A stretch of DNA of 64,000 nucleotides, taken from the NCBI RefSeq assembly GCF_009914755.1, contig NC_060932.1; one strand, 5' to 3'. The number at the start of each line of letters is the position of its first letter. Within the stretch, counting starts at the first letter, position 1. Below the pieces are notes generated by a model. It ran no database searches, had not been told where the DNA came from, and worked only from the letters and a program-made list of their open reading frames with translations. Below are positions 30,352-48,004 of this stretch, piece after piece. The stretch is from the human T2T-CHM13v2.0 reference genome, Homo sapiens. The position numbers and the translations under genes were made by a program.

Positions 30352-32205
30352 TTTACTGCATCTTATATCTATCTTTTGCCCATACCACAGGGTTTATTTT
30401 AGCCCTCCTTCTTCTAATATTTATAACTCCTCTTTCAAGAGAGTGAGAAACATGGCTCCCAATATTCTAAATATATCTACTCATATGGTCAATCATAGAA
30501 ATAGTTTTAGAACTGCTAATCTGTGCATACTGCAAAAAGACAAACAAATCTATTAACGAGTTCAATGTTTGCTTTTAGTCTAAGGTATATCATATCTGTG
30601 TTCAAAAGGATCTTGGATTAGTTCTTTTCTTGCCTATTCACTGTGGTTTTCTTATTTATTTTAATACAGTTAAGTTAATCTGTGAGTATGTAAAACATTG
30701 GCACATTTCCAGAAGTTGAAAAGTCTACAAAAGGATGACACTGAAAAAGAAGTATCACATCTGCTATTCCTTCCATCCAGTTTTACTTGCCCCTCCTATA
30801 TAATCAAATGTGTTAGTTTCCGTCTTATCCTTTGTATGTTTTCTTTTTGTAAAAATAGGTTTGTTAATATTTTTAAGGGAGAATTTTACAAGGAAGTTTG
30901 TGGGTTTGGATTGGCATTTTTTTTTTTTTGCCACTTGATGCTTAAACAATGGTGTTTAAGGTGAAATCTGTGGAAGCCTCTGTGGATTAGAGTTTGGTGT
31001 CAGAATTTATTAGCTATAGCTATGTATTCCTAAAGTGTCTCAACTGCTGTATTCTTTCCCCTAACGCACCTTCCTCTTTCCTTTCCAAAACCTAGGATTG
31101 AGTGAAACAAATTAAAACTAAGAAGTAGACAACGGAAGAGTGAGGCTACTATTGGCAAATGTTCTAATAAATACCAATACACATTTGGAGAAGGAAGATT
31201 CATAAGCAGTCCATTTCCTTCCTCACTGGAGATATGTTTGAACATATGTTTACGGAGGAGTTCTTTCTGAGCCCACTTTCAGGCAGGCACTATCTCAAAG
31301 GGTTTATTGTAGTGATGAGAACTTGGGGTAGGGCAAGAACTTTCAGGAGGTTTATGGAAAATAGGTGTCTTCCTCTTTCAGATGAGGGTTTCCATGAGGT
31401 GTGTGCCAGGGCAGTGAGGACTTTGTGAGAGCGCTGGTTATGTGAGAGAATTGTCTTAAGAAGTAAGTTATAAACAATGGTGACAATCCAGGACAGAGTT
31501 ACGGCTCCTAGGAGGTGGAGGGGCATGCACTAGTGTGGCCCACTGGAGACAAAAGATGCCCCTGCTCCACCCCAACCAGGTCGTTTATGCAACCCTTAGC
31601 ATAAGCCCCTCCTCCAAGTCGTGGTACTCTCGTGATCCACATTTAACTATACTGCTCTTTGTTTTCCCTGAAATCTACAATTTTCTTGTATAAGAGTCTA
31701 CACTGATAGTGGCTGAGATACAATCAGACGTATTATACATATTTTACAATTTTAGTTTAAACGCAGAGTTAAGATCCTTAACAGAAGTGGCTGTGCAGTT
31801 AAAGTTACAGTTAAGATTGTTTCCAATCTACTGTACATGTTTCTTTAATAATGCAAAATGAACTCACAAACAAAAATGGTACTTGCCTTTGAGCATAATA
31901 TTGGCACATTTGCATTAATGGCTATTTCTCTATCGTTGTCCAAACAGCTTTCTTTAATCATTTTTGGAGTTTTGCACAAGAATGCAGAACCTGATTGGAA
32001 ATAATTAAGAGACTGATAGGAAAAACAGCATAGGGCTTTTTTTTCCTTCTTTTTCAGTGATTTTTAAAATTAAGATCACCAGCCTTCTTTGTTTTGTTTT
32101 TAATGGATTTTTTAAAATACTGTAGTCTCTACGGTGATATAAGGGGTGACTCTCAGTGTTCTCATTTTCTGGGGGAAAAATGAGATGAGCTTAAATTATT
32201 CTTTC

Positions 32206-32420
32206 CAGAAGTCAGCAAACTATGGCCCATGGGCGAAATTCAGTCTTCTATTTTTTAAAATAAGGTTTTATTGGAACACAGCTATGCTCATTCCTTTACA
32301 TATTGTCTATGGCTGCCGTCCCACAATATCAGAGTTGAGTATTTGCAACAGAGATCATATGGCCTGCAAAGACTAAAATATTTTCTGTTTTGCTTTTTTC
32401 AGAAAAAGTTTGCTTATCTT
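32206..32420. mobile_element. MER58A-like MITE
   Basis: cagcaaactatggcccatgggc...ttttattggaacacagc. Confidence 0.7.
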
Positions 32421-33989
32421 TGTCTTAGAATGTTTAAAATTTTTGAATGTGTTGGCACACAATCCTTCACTAAACCAAGTAATGAAATGCTTTTCCGAGG
32501 ACAACTGTTCTATTTTGCTATTTCATAATTGCATAGGCTGTACTCATAAAAAAATACATATATACACATACCTACCTTTGAACATTTCTACCTCTTATAC
32601 TCCCATATTTGATTCTTTTTTACTTGAAACATGAGAACTCTCAGGAGTTAGTTGTGAAGATTGAGTTAAAATGTGTAAAATACCTAGTATATAGTAAGTG
32701 CCACATATTTTATATATAGCACTTACTACATGCGTAAAATAGTTTAAATACATATATAAATAGCATAATATTTGCTGTTAATAATAGCATGTATATTTTG
32801 CAAGAGCTAAGATTATCATGGGCCAATGGTTTATATTATTGATTTAATAATGAATACATAGAAGAGCTGGTAATTATCACCTAGTGTCAAGCACTGAATT
32901 AGTTTCTGGGGATTAAGTGGTGAGCATGGGAGGCAGAATTCTACCCTCATGGAGCTTACATAATCTAGCAGGGCTCAACACATGTGCTCAATGCCTTCTC
33001 TTGGAGAAGGGCCAGTTCTGAATTATGCAGTCATTATGGTTGAGTGTAGCCTGGGCACATGAGTATTTTTGAGGTATATTTTCACTTACTGGGATCTCTC
33101 ACCTCCCATTAATACTTTTATGGTTCTTGGCTCACAGTCAAGAGATTGATTTGAAATTTTAACACCTTTCCACTAGCTATTGTGGGACTTAGATCTGGCA
33201 AACCCAGGACTGTGAGTTCAACATGGTAAAAATGGGACTGTTAGGGTTTTAATTTCCATTAGGTAGGCGTCAGGAGGTAGCTAAAGTACAGGGAACTAGA
33301 TGGGTCTTGTAGGTTAATGCTGGCAAGAGCCTGACTCCACTCCAAGATTAAAGGGGAAGGAGTTGGGTTCAGTCATAAACAGGACATTGGGGTTAAGTGT
33401 GGGCTAGAATTTATGCATTAAGGGGTTTGAAGGATACCTGGATCATAGAGTATGCTCTATTAGTGCTTCTTCCTCTTCTTCTTTCCCAGTTTTCTCCTCC
33501 TCCCTTTCCTTTTCTTCCTCCCACTTTCTCCTCCTTATTCTCATTGTTATTATAATTATTATTATCTAGATAGTTGACATGGTGTTCCAGCAACAACATC
33601 AAGGTGAACTAGAAAATTGCTCCTTATCCATGCAGGGAGGCCCTGAGGAAGCCACTCTGTATATGTCTGTGCCCTGAGTGAGGGAAAAGTCTTGAGAATG
33701 CATAACCTTGGGCCTGTGCCACACACAGCTTAGGTATTCAAATTTACATTCACCATGTGCTCTGAGGCCTGCCCACTCAAGAAATTAATATAAAAATGCC
33801 CTGCAGCTGGTAAAATCAGTGGAATGACTGGCAGAAGCAAACACAAAATCACATTTGAGCCAAGGCCTGATGAAACAAGGCCAAAGGAGAGTTTGCAATT
33901 CACAATTTCAAAACATAGAAGTAAACTATTTGCCATAAGTGTCAGAAGACACAAAAGTGGTGGCCTCAGAATTCTATGAACTTTAATTA

Positions 33990-34348
<359 letters not shown>

Positions 34349-34726
34349 CTATATATATATATATATACATACACACTATATATATAGACTATATATAAAT
34401 AACAATATGATTACTAATCTCAGAAATATTTGAAAGAAGAGATGAAAAGAATGAAAAACCATGATAAGGAAAATAGGTAGATTAGAAAAGGGACCAAATG
34501 AACATAAAGAGTTCTGAAGAGCATAAACATAAAAGATAGCCACATCCATAATCATGTTGGTAAAACTGTAGGACACTAAAATTTCAAAAGATAAATGGGG
34601 AACACATAGGAAGAAAAGAGCCAAATAAGAAGAAAAGGACTTATTGAACCCATTTCTAAATGATGGAGATCTCACTGTGCATGCAGTTATTTGTTCTTCA
34701 GTTCTCTGGAGTATTAAATAAAACCT

Positions 34727-36767
34727 GTTTTTTTTTTTGTTTGTTTGTTTTTAATTTAATTTAAGTTCTGGGATACATGTGCAGAACGTGCAGTTTTGTT
34801 ACGTAGGTATACACGTGGCATGGTGGTTTGCTGCACCCATCATCTGCATTAGGTATTTCTCCTAATGCTATCCCTCCCCTAGCCTCCCATCCTCTGACAG
34901 GCCCTGGTGTGTGATGTTCCCCTTCCTATGTCCATGTGTTCTCATTGTTCAACTCCCACTTATGAGTGAGAACATGCAGTATGTGTTTTTCTGTTCCTGT
35001 GTTAGTTTGCTGAGAATGATGATTTCCAGCTTCATCCATGTCCCTGCAAAGGACATGAACTCATTCTTTTTTATGGCTGCATAGTGTTCCATGGTGTATA
35101 TGTGCCACATTTTCTTTATCCAGTCAATCATTGATAGGAATTTGGGTTGGTTCCAAGTCTTTGCTATTGTGAACAGTGCTGCAATAAACATACGTGTGCA
35201 TGTGTCTTTATAGTGGAATGATTTATAATGCTTTGGGTATATACCCAGTAGTAGGATTGCTGGGTCAAATGGTATTTCTAGTTCTAGATCCTTGAGGAAA
35301 TGCCACACTGTCTTCCACAATGGTTGAACTAATTTACACTCCCACCCACAGTGTAAAAGTGTTGCTATTTCTCCACATCCTCTCTAGCATCTGTTGTTTC
35401 CTGACTTTTTAATAGATTGCCATTCTAACTGGCATTAGATGATATCTCATTGTGGTTTTGATTTGAGTTTCTCTAATGACCAATGATGATGAGCTTTTTT
35501 TTCATGTTTGTTGCCTGCATAAATATATTCTTTTCAAAAGTGTCTGTTTATATCCTTCTCCCACTTTTTGATGGTTTTTTTTTTGTAAATTTGTTTAAGT
35601 TCCTTGTAGATTCTGGACATTAGCCCTTTGTCAGATGGATAGATGGCAAAATTTTTCTCCCATTCAGTAGGTTGCCTGTTGCCTGTTCACTCTGATGATA
35701 GTTTCTTTTGCTGTGGAGAAGCTCTTTAGTTTAATTAGATCCCATTTGTCAATTTTGGCTTTTGTTGCCATTGCTTTTGGTGTTTTAGTCATGAAGTCTT
35801 TGCCCATGCCTATGTCCTGAATGGTATTGGAATTTCTGGCCAGGGCAATCATGCAAGAGAAAGAAATAAAGGGTATTCAACTAGGAAAAGAGGAAGTCAA
35901 ATTGTCTGTGTTTGCAGATGACATGATTATTTATTTGGAAAACCCCATTATCTCAGCCCAAAATCTCCTTAAGCTGATAAGCAACTTCAACAAAGTCTCA
36001 AGATACAAAATTAATGTGCAAAAATCACAAGCATTCCTATACACCAATAACAGACAAACAGAGAACCAAATCATGAGTGAATTCCCATTCACAATTGCTA
36101 CAAAGAGAATAAAATACTTAGGAATACAACTTACAAGGGATGTGAAGGATCTCTTCAAGGAGAACTACAAATTACCGCTCAAGGAAATAAGAGAGGACAC
36201 AAGCAAATGGAAAAACATTCCATGCTCATGGATAGGAAGAATCAATATTGTGAAAATGGTGATACTGCCCAAAGTAATTTATAGATTCAATGCCATCCCA
36301 TCAAGCTACCATTAGAATTAGAAAAAACTACTTCACCATATTAGAAAAAACTACTTTACATTTCATATGGAACCAAAAAAAAGCCTGTATAGCCAAGACA
36401 ATTCTAAGCAAAATGAACAAAGCTGAAGGCATCACGCTACCTGACTTCAAACTATACTACAAGTCTACATTAACCAAAAGAGCTTGGTACTGGTACCAAA
36501 ACAGATATATAGAACAATGGAACAGAAGCGAGTCTTCATAAATAAAGCCACACATCGACAACCATCTGAACTTTGACAAACCTGACAAAAACAAGCAATG
36601 GGGAAAGGATTTCCTATTTAATGGTGTTGGGAAAACTGGCTAGCCATATGCAGAAAACTGAAACTGGACCCCTTCCTTACACCTTATACAAAAATTAACT
36701 CAAGATGGGTTAAAGACTTAAACATAAGACCTGAAACCATAAAAACACTAGAAAAAAACCTAGGCAA
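34727..36767 (-). mobile_element. 5'-truncated, 5'-inverted (twin-primed) L1PA7/8-like element
   Basis: 34727-35829 is the 3' end on -; 35824-36767 is an ORF2 segment with FADDM on +; near-TSD AAAACC(TC)TGTTTTT at ~34720 and 36766-36780. Confidence 0.93.
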
Positions 36768-37356
36768 AACCTCTGTTTTTAAAAAGTGATATTAATTGAC
36801 TTAGTTGAAACCATGACAATGAAGATAAGACATGATTTCTCTCCACTGGGAATACTACTATTCTGTAACATATTTTAAATGTTTTCACTTAAATGTAAGA
36901 ATCCAACTGATGTTATAAAATTTGGAATTCCCACCATTTATTTATTGGTCCTCATTAGAGCTAATTGAAATACTGTTTTCTTTCTCAGAGTCTGTGTGGG
37001 ATTCATTTCTCTTCTTTTTTTAGACTTCATTTCTCCTTGGTTTAAGATCTACCTTTACTGAAAAATTCTAGACAGCATATTAGTCAGGAATCCTTGGCTT
37101 CAGTAGAAACACACTCTAACTAGTTTAAGGACAGAAATAATTGTACTGGCTCATGTAACTGAAGTATGGCTGGACCTAGGGTCTCAATCCAGTATCCGTT
37201 GCTCTCTCTTGCTTCTCCATCTCCTGGCTGTGCCTTCCTCTGGGATGGCTTTATTTCTTGGTAGGGTTCCTACAATGGCAATGAAGTCCCCCCCAGAGTT
37301 TCAGGTTCCAGAATTACATAATAGTGAGCAACCCCAATCTCATATGGTAGGAAGCC

Positions 37357-37662
37357 TTTTTTTTTTTTTTTTTTTTTTTTGAGACGGAGTCTCGGTCTGT
37401 TTCCCAGGCTGGCGTGCAGTGGCACAATATCTGCTCACTGCAGCCTCCACCTCCTGAGTTCAACAGATTCTCCTGCTGCAGCCTCCTGAGTAGCTGGGAC
37501 TACAGGTGGGCCCCAACATGCCCAGCTCATTTTTGTATTTTTAGTAGAGATGGGTTTCCCCATGTTGGCCAGGCTGATCTCGAACTCATGACATGAAGTG
37601 ATCCACCTGCCTCAGCCTCCCAAAGTGCTGGGATTACAGGCATGAGCTACTGCATGGTGGGC
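37357..37662 (-). mobile_element. AluS
   Basis: TSD GAAGCCTTTTT. Confidence 0.9.
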
Positions 37663-38389
37663 TATGAAGCCTTTTTTAAGGTTAGTTTCAGAAAACATCT
37701 CAAGAACAGTTTTGATTGGTCCAGCTCTTGTGCCCATCTCTGATCCAATTGCGGTGAACAAGGAAATGCAAGAATCTGACTGGCCACACCAGGAGCTGCA
37801 AGGATGGCATTAGCCCTAACTGAGATATCTGGATTGAGAATGGAATTGGGCAAACACATTTAAGTCAACTATGGGGAGCTTTAAAATATTTTACAATTCT
37901 CTTTAGATTATCTCCCAAATGTGCACTATTAAGATGAACTTGTTTCTGCCACATCATGAAAAAATTGAAGAATTTTTAAAAAGTAAAGTTTCAATCATAT
38001 GGAGCATAATTTGACCATTAAGACCACATTTAAAATGATGCCTTAAGTTGCTCTGGGTTTCAGGAAGAAACAATTTTCTTTTACAAACAATGATGTAACA
38101 CATACACTCTCAATGGGAGTGACATCCTTGAATGGGCAAAAATTGATTTTGGGAGTGAAAAGTGAAAAATATTAATTATTTTATCTGTTAAGTATAAGTA
38201 TACAATACATACATAAACAGCTATATGGTATACCTGTGATTTTAAAATTTCATGAAGAGGTGATTAGGAAAAAATGTCTAAAGGCTTCTTATGGGAGTGA
38301 TAACTAAAAATGGTTGAGAAACATTGATCTAATGCAACACATGTATTACAGAAAGGTTCTCCTGCAATTTTAGCCCCTTTCTCCCCTCA

Positions 38390-38653
<264 letters not shown>

Positions 38654-39361
38654 TCAGATGAAATTCTTCTAGCGTTAGACCTCCAGTTTTCCTCTAGTTC
38701 CTCCCTTACTGCCCTTGATAAGATAGTTTTGAATAATTCTGACACTTTTCCTCTGGCCTCCAGCAAAGTTTATTATTCTCAACTTGTGAATTCTCCAGTG
38801 GTAAGAAATCTTAACTCTGTCTGAAATAAGTTTTCAAATGTCTTCATTCTTAAAATAACTTTTAATATATCATTTTTAAAACAATCAGATACCTTACAGC
38901 TATGAGGACTGATATTGATTTTGGCAGAGTGAGTCTCCCGTAGGAATGCTCGGGCTTCTCTTACTTGTAACTTCCTTCTTGTCTAAGAATTTTCTATTGA
39001 GTATCTTGTCTCCATACCTGCAGGGCTGACTGTTGTCAAATTAAGCGATGTTTTGGCTTCAGAAATTGCAAAATATCAGGATTGGTTCGTTATTAATGAA
39101 TTGGAGTAACCGGGATAATTGAGTTGTGTTTTGTGAAAATCACCTTAAATGACCAAAGTAAACATACAGCCAGATCATGTAGTATTATATACACAGAGCT
39201 GAAAATAAATGGGAATATAATACACTGGCTCCTGAAGTTGAGCAAATTTCATTTTAAAATAGAGGTGATCAGATAAAATAGCCTCTCTTGGGTCAATATT
39301 AACTTAAGGAAATCAGGAAATAACTAGGCAACTCTACCAATAAAACTTTAAAGCAAACTTA

Positions 39362-39681
<320 letters not shown>

Positions 39682-40879
39682 TAAAGCAAACTTTATGTAA
39701 AAATATATAAAAGGATCACATATTTTCAAAGGAATTAAAATCTGTTTTAGGTATCTTGTATTGTGGTAGAGTAGGAAGAGTTTGGAGAGGGTACATTACA
39801 GGAGATGGGGGAATAAAAATTGAGTCAAAAGTTTCTGAGATGTTGTTGGGAGAAAGAAGACTAATTGTATTGGGAGGAAGTGGGAGATATACATGGACGG
39901 GTCAAGTGGAGAGCTTTGGAAAGCACAATGAACAGTTTAGGCTTAATTTGGTAGGTGAGGAAGGAAGAAATAATCTTAAAATTTAGGTCACTTTGAGAGT
40001 CCTGCAGTTCAGCCAGTCACGGGGATGGTAGAGGCTCCTGAGCCATTTCTTCAAGGGTTGTCCTGCATCTGCTGTCATTAACAGAGATTTTAGTATTTCC
40101 CAAGACAGTCATCTTTGGACATCCTGTCTGTAATTGAGTTGAAATCTGTCACTTTACACACTCCTTCTGGGCATATAGAATCCTCCTAATCCCTTGTCTA
40201 TATGACAGCCCTTTACATATTTGAAGACAGCTGTCATGTCTTCTCCCAGTCCCTTCCAGTTTAGAGCAGAGGAGAAATGTGATGCATGTGGTGTTTACAG
40301 GATTGTTAGTTATTCTTAAGCTGAAGGTCTCTGAGCGAGTGCTGAAATGTTGTTTCGGCTGTGGCACAACAACCAGGCTTCATGTTCCTATAAGGTGTCA
40401 TGATGTTATTCATCCCAGGTCGAATATAGGACAAATGCGTACGGCTTTGATTTCCTGCTATCTTTAATTGCAAGGCTTGTCCATATTTTCTTTCCTTTCT
40501 TCTTTCCTTCTTCCTTCCCTCCCTCCCTTCCTTTCTCCGAAATACTTCTCTTCTGTGATGGGAGTTGAATGGTTCAGGCTCTGGAGTTAGTTCTGGGTTT
40601 GAATTTGAATTCAGCTTTTCCACTTGCTCAGTGTGTGATGGTGGACACGTTATTTAACCTATTTAGTTACTTAACCATTCTTTCTCTATGAAATGGGAAG
40701 AACATCTACCTCATAGGATTAATACTGGACTTAGATGAAAATGATGTATGCAGAGCATCTGATGAAAGCTATCACTAAGTGGTAGGCTTTTCATAATTAT
40801 TAATATAAAAAAGGAAGCAAAGGAAAGTGTGTGTGTATGTGTGAGATGTGTTTGTGGTGTGTGTGTGGGGGGGGAAGAG

Positions 40880-40881
40880 AT

Positions 40882-40928
<47 letters not shown>

Positions 40929-41208
40929 TTTTAGACAGAGTCTTGCTCTGTCGCCCAGGCTGGAGTGCAGTGGTGTGATCTTTGCTCACCGCAACCTCTG
41001 CCTTCCAGATTCAAGAGATCCTTGTGCCTCAGCTTCCTGAGTAGCTGGGATCACAGGTGTACATCACTACACCTGGCTAATTTTTGTATTTTTAGTAGAG
41101 ATGGGGTTTCACCATAGTGGCCAGGCTGGTCTCAAACTGCTGGCCTCAAGTGACCTGCCCGCCTCCGCCTCCCAAAGTGCTGGGATTACAAACCACTGTG
41201 CCTGGCTT
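40880..41208 (-). mobile_element. Alu with (TTTA)n tail
   Basis: Alu reverse complement. Confidence 0.9.
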
Positions 41209-41663
41209 GAGATATTGATTTAATATAAGGAATTGGTTCATGTGATTATGGAGGCTGGGAAATCCCAAAATCAGCAGTCATCAAGCTGGAGATCTGGGAG
41301 AGTGACCATGTAGTTTCAGTTCAAATCCAATGGCCTGAGAGCCAGGAGAGCTGATAGTATAAGTTCTAATCCAAACACTGGCAGGCTCAAAACCCAAGAG
41401 CCAGTGTTTTAGTTCAAGTCTCAAGGCATGAAAAGCAACATATGAGCTCAAGGCAGTCAGGCAGGCTTCTCTCTTACTCAGCATTTTTGTTCTCTTCAGT
41501 CTGCAATCCCTTAGAGGCCCATCCACATTAGGGAGAAGAATCTGCTTTATTCAGTCTACCAAAATCAGTCAGAAATACTCTCATAGACACATCCAGAGTA
41601 ATGTTGGGTCAAATGTGCAGGCACCCCATGGCCTAGTCAAATTGGCACAAGAAATTAACCACA
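41209..41663 (-). mobile_element. MLT2-like ERVL LTR
   Basis: ggcctagtcaaattggcacaagaaattaaccac terminus; taaggaattggttcatgtgattatggaggctg. Confidence 0.7.
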
Positions 41664-42025
41664 CGCTGTATAATATATTTCTAGGAAGACAGAAGTTATA
41701 GGAGGAAAAATAAAACAGGGATAAAAGGAGTGAGTCACGGGAGTGCTGTTTTAGATAGGGCAGGCATCTGTCAGGGAGGCTTTGAAAGGTACATTTCCAC
41801 CCACGATTGGATTAAATGGGTATTAACCTCACTCAGATTAATGTAAATTCCAGACACAGCTGAAATGAGCCCCTTGCTGCACATCCCCTACATGGATGGC
41901 TTCTGATGTTGTCTCCCACAGCAGTGACCATCTGTGTTGCATTCTGTGAGGACAACTTCCATGGTAGTGATAGTGTGATATGTTGGAAAATACATATTGG
42001 ACAAAACATTTAGAAGACCTGTTGT

Positions 42026-42350
42026 GGCTGGGTGCAGTGGAGGTGGCTCACACCTGTAATCCCAGTGCTTTGGGAGGCCAGGGTTGCAGGATCGCTTGAG
42101 CCCAGGAGTTCGAGACCAGCCAAGGCAACACAGTGAGACCCCATCTCTACAAAAATTAAAAAACAAACAAACAAACATTAACTGGGCATGTGATGTGTGC
42201 CTATTGTTCCAGCTACTCAGGAGGCTGAGGCGGGATCACTTGAGCCCAGGAATGCGAGATTGTAGTGAGCTAGTATTGCGCCACTGCACTCCAGCCTGGG
42301 TAACAGAGTGAGACCCTGTCTCTGAAAAGAGAAAAAGAAGAAGAAAAAAA
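42026..42350 (+). mobile_element. AluJ
   Basis: cttgagcccagg in both arms. Confidence 0.88.
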
Positions 42351-42423
42351 TAGCTGTTATCCAGTCCTAGCTCTGCCGGTAACTAGTAAGTCAGTCACTT
42401 GTCCTCTCTGAACCTCAATTTCA

Positions 42424-42730
<307 letters not shown>

Positions 42731-44529
42731 TCTCAATTTAATTTTCTGAAAAATGGGGACAACATGGCTTCTCATGGGAATGTTGTAAAAGTCAGACTTT
42801 GCCAATGTATTGAAAAACCCTTTCAGAATGAAAGTTTCTCGTTGAGTTTTTGGCAATGTAAAATGACCTTAACTCTTTTTATAAAAATATCTTCAGTAGT
42901 GTGGCTGGAGCCAATCTCTACACAGTAACAGTGAGCTTCCAAGAGTTCTACTGTACCAAATTCTTAGGGATTTTCTTTTGCTCTTGGTTTGGAAACTTGA
43001 ATGTAACCTCACAGGAGACTTAAGTGAAAAATCGTTCTGTGGCCACAGTATTCCTTCAAATGTCTTGTGTAATGAATGGCTGAGGCTGATATTTTGCTAG
43101 TGGCATAGAACAAAATAATTCAAAGCCCCTAAATGAATCCTAGACCAGTTGTGGTGAAATCATTGTGAGGTTTTCTGACTGAGGTTAAGACAGGGTGAAT
43201 AAAAATAGTACACACTCTCCTTTCGTTCAACTTAGCCTCCAGCATTAGGAAAATATCAAGGAAGGCAGGCCACTTTGATACAATCTCCCTGATTCCTAAA
43301 TAACTGTAATCCACTTTCCCAGTGCGGTAGTGTGGCAGGGCAGGAGGAGAGAACACATTTAATTGAGCCATCATGGCTCATTTCTCTAGTGCCCTGCTGG
43401 AAGTGTGAACTATGTGAACAGAGGAATTATTTTTTAACAACACAATTCAATTTAGTTTACCTACACTGATGTACTGTATGTCAAGAGATGACCCAGATAA
43501 AGTGGCTAAAAAGACAAGTTACAAAAGTCCTCCCCAGTCAAGGAGTTCAGTCTAGTCAGGCAGATAGAAATGGAAGCCAGTCATAATATTCCAGTGTGAT
43601 GGGCACAAAAAAAATGTACAAATCCAGAGTCAATAAAGAGGGGCAGGTAATGAGTTCCATCTAAGGACAGTAGGAAAAGATTCATGGAGTTGGTAAAGTG
43701 TAACCTGGGTTTTGAAGGATGAATAGGAGTTTACCTGGCAGCAAAAGTTATCTTCTGTCAGCTCCGTCCTTTCTATCTTCACTGACTATGTTGATAAATA
43801 CCTTTATCTAAAAATGCATTGTAAACATTTCATTATATAAACCATAATTGGGTCTTTAATTTGAATACCATTAGAACAAAACCAATAATATTGTTTAAAA
43901 GGAAGATTTTTAATTTGGTAATTTCATACTATTGCCATTACAGTAACATTACCCCTTGCCCCCACATAGAGTTACTCTTTGTATGATTTTGTTTACTTTT
44001 ATAAAGCGCTTTTTTGCATCTGAACCTATGTCCTTTATTATAGTCTATTTCCTCTCACTAAGAATTTAATCACCGAGTGGTGTTAAGAGTCAAAATAAAA
44101 TGAAAGAATTTGAACTGCCAGAAGTTGGGAGCTTTGTTGTGTTCCCAGTTGCTCAGAATAGTGCTTGGTACATAATAAACACTAAATAGATTTTCAAAAA
44201 AATAAATAAATTTCATCTAGGAAATTAGTTGCATAACATCAAATGAATAAACATGGGTTTGGAGTTTCTCATGATGTCAGTAACACAATAAAATTGGTGT
44301 AAAATTATTGGAAGAAGGATGCTTTTCACATGGGCAACTTCACTATGAAAGTGCATTTATTTGGGATGGAAAAACATTCTAGACAAATAATTGGACATGT
44401 TAGCAAACAGCACAGATTAGCTGTGGACACAGCAGGGGCAAGCCCTGCAGAGACACTGCTTTATGTAACAAGCTTTTCCCCCTTAATTTCTAGATTTACG
44501 TAACATAGAGTACCTTCCTGAAGTCAGTA

Positions 44530-45041
<512 letters not shown>

Positions 45042-46447
45042 TAACATTTAATATAATAATGTACATCATTTCCAAATATGAAATGTTAAGAAATCGCTAG
45101 TTCTTCCAACTCTTCTCATCACAAAACTCCAGAAAGTATAGAAGAGAAAGGGGATCATTTCTCCTGGACTTGTGCAATTGTTCCTTTTGATTCTATCTGT
45201 GACATGAAACTATTATTATTATCTTTGTAATCAAGGCCATATATTGAGTGCTTTTCTTTAAGTTCAGCTGCTTAGGCATTTTTAAAAACACAACCTGTAT
45301 TTTCAGAATTGCATTTTAGGTAAGACCCATGTAAAGTTAAGAGCTGAATTAAAACACAGTTCAACAGGTCATTTCCTCTGTCCCTTTGCTTTAATTTTAA
45401 ATACAGGCTTGCAGACAAAAAGGATTTATGTTATTTTACAAATTAATTTGGAATATTGTCTTAGCAATAAAAGCTTATGCACTCATTCCTTTATATTATA
45501 GATTTAAACTACATTTAGCTGCTGGATTTTACACATTTACCTGGGCTCCCAGGCGTGTCTGGTTTTCTTTTCTACTACTTGATTTTTAACACATTTTAAG
45601 GTACTTAATATATTCTTTCTGATTGATGTCTCTCTAAGAATGGTGAAATGGGTAATGTGTTTGCCAGTGGAGAGTAATGTTGTCTTCAGTTTTGAATCTG
45701 GGCTCCTGCTTATAGTAAGACAATGATTTGAATGCATTTCTTTAAAAAGATTCACTGTAACAGCTGGAATTATGGTTAAGGTATATGATTATTGAACTTG
45801 AACACAGTGGCTTTTAAATTACCTCTTTGTACCAAGTATATGAACAGCTGTTTGCCCCTGGCACAGGCAAACCTGTTGATGGGACAAACATTGTACATGT
45901 GTACCTTATGATGGAAATAGCCATTAGGGTTCATTGTGTTTATGTATGTCTTAGAGCTGCTAACCTGGATTTAGGACACAAGAAAAAATATTGTTTTTAC
46001 AGTTCTCAAGTGAGTACGTACTAGTCTTCAAGAAAAATCATACTTTGCAGTACAAAACCAATGATGGATTTTGACTTTTGAAATTGTTGAAAAAATATCT
46101 TCCTATGAGTCTTTTTTTTTAATTAAAATTTTTTTATTTATTTTATTTTATTATTATTATACTTTAAGTTTTAGGGTACATGTGCACAATGTGCAGGTTA
46201 GTTACATATGTATACATGTGCCATGCTGCTGTGCTGCACCCATTAACTTGTCATCTAGCATTAGGTATATCTCCTAAAGCTATCCCTCCCCCCTCCCCCG
46301 ACCCCACAACAGTCCCCAGAGTGTGATGTTCCCCTTCCTGTGTCCATGTGTTCTCATTGTTCAGTTCCCACCTATGAGTGAGAACATGCGGTGTTTGGTT
46401 TTTTGTCCTTGCGATAGTTTACTGAGAATGATGATTTCCAATTTCAT

Positions 46448-48004
<1,557 letters not shown>

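Noticed and set aside
30126-30556. Overlapping 106 and 136 aa ORFs with IYLS repeats
   Set aside because: Artefact of the (TCTA)n STR
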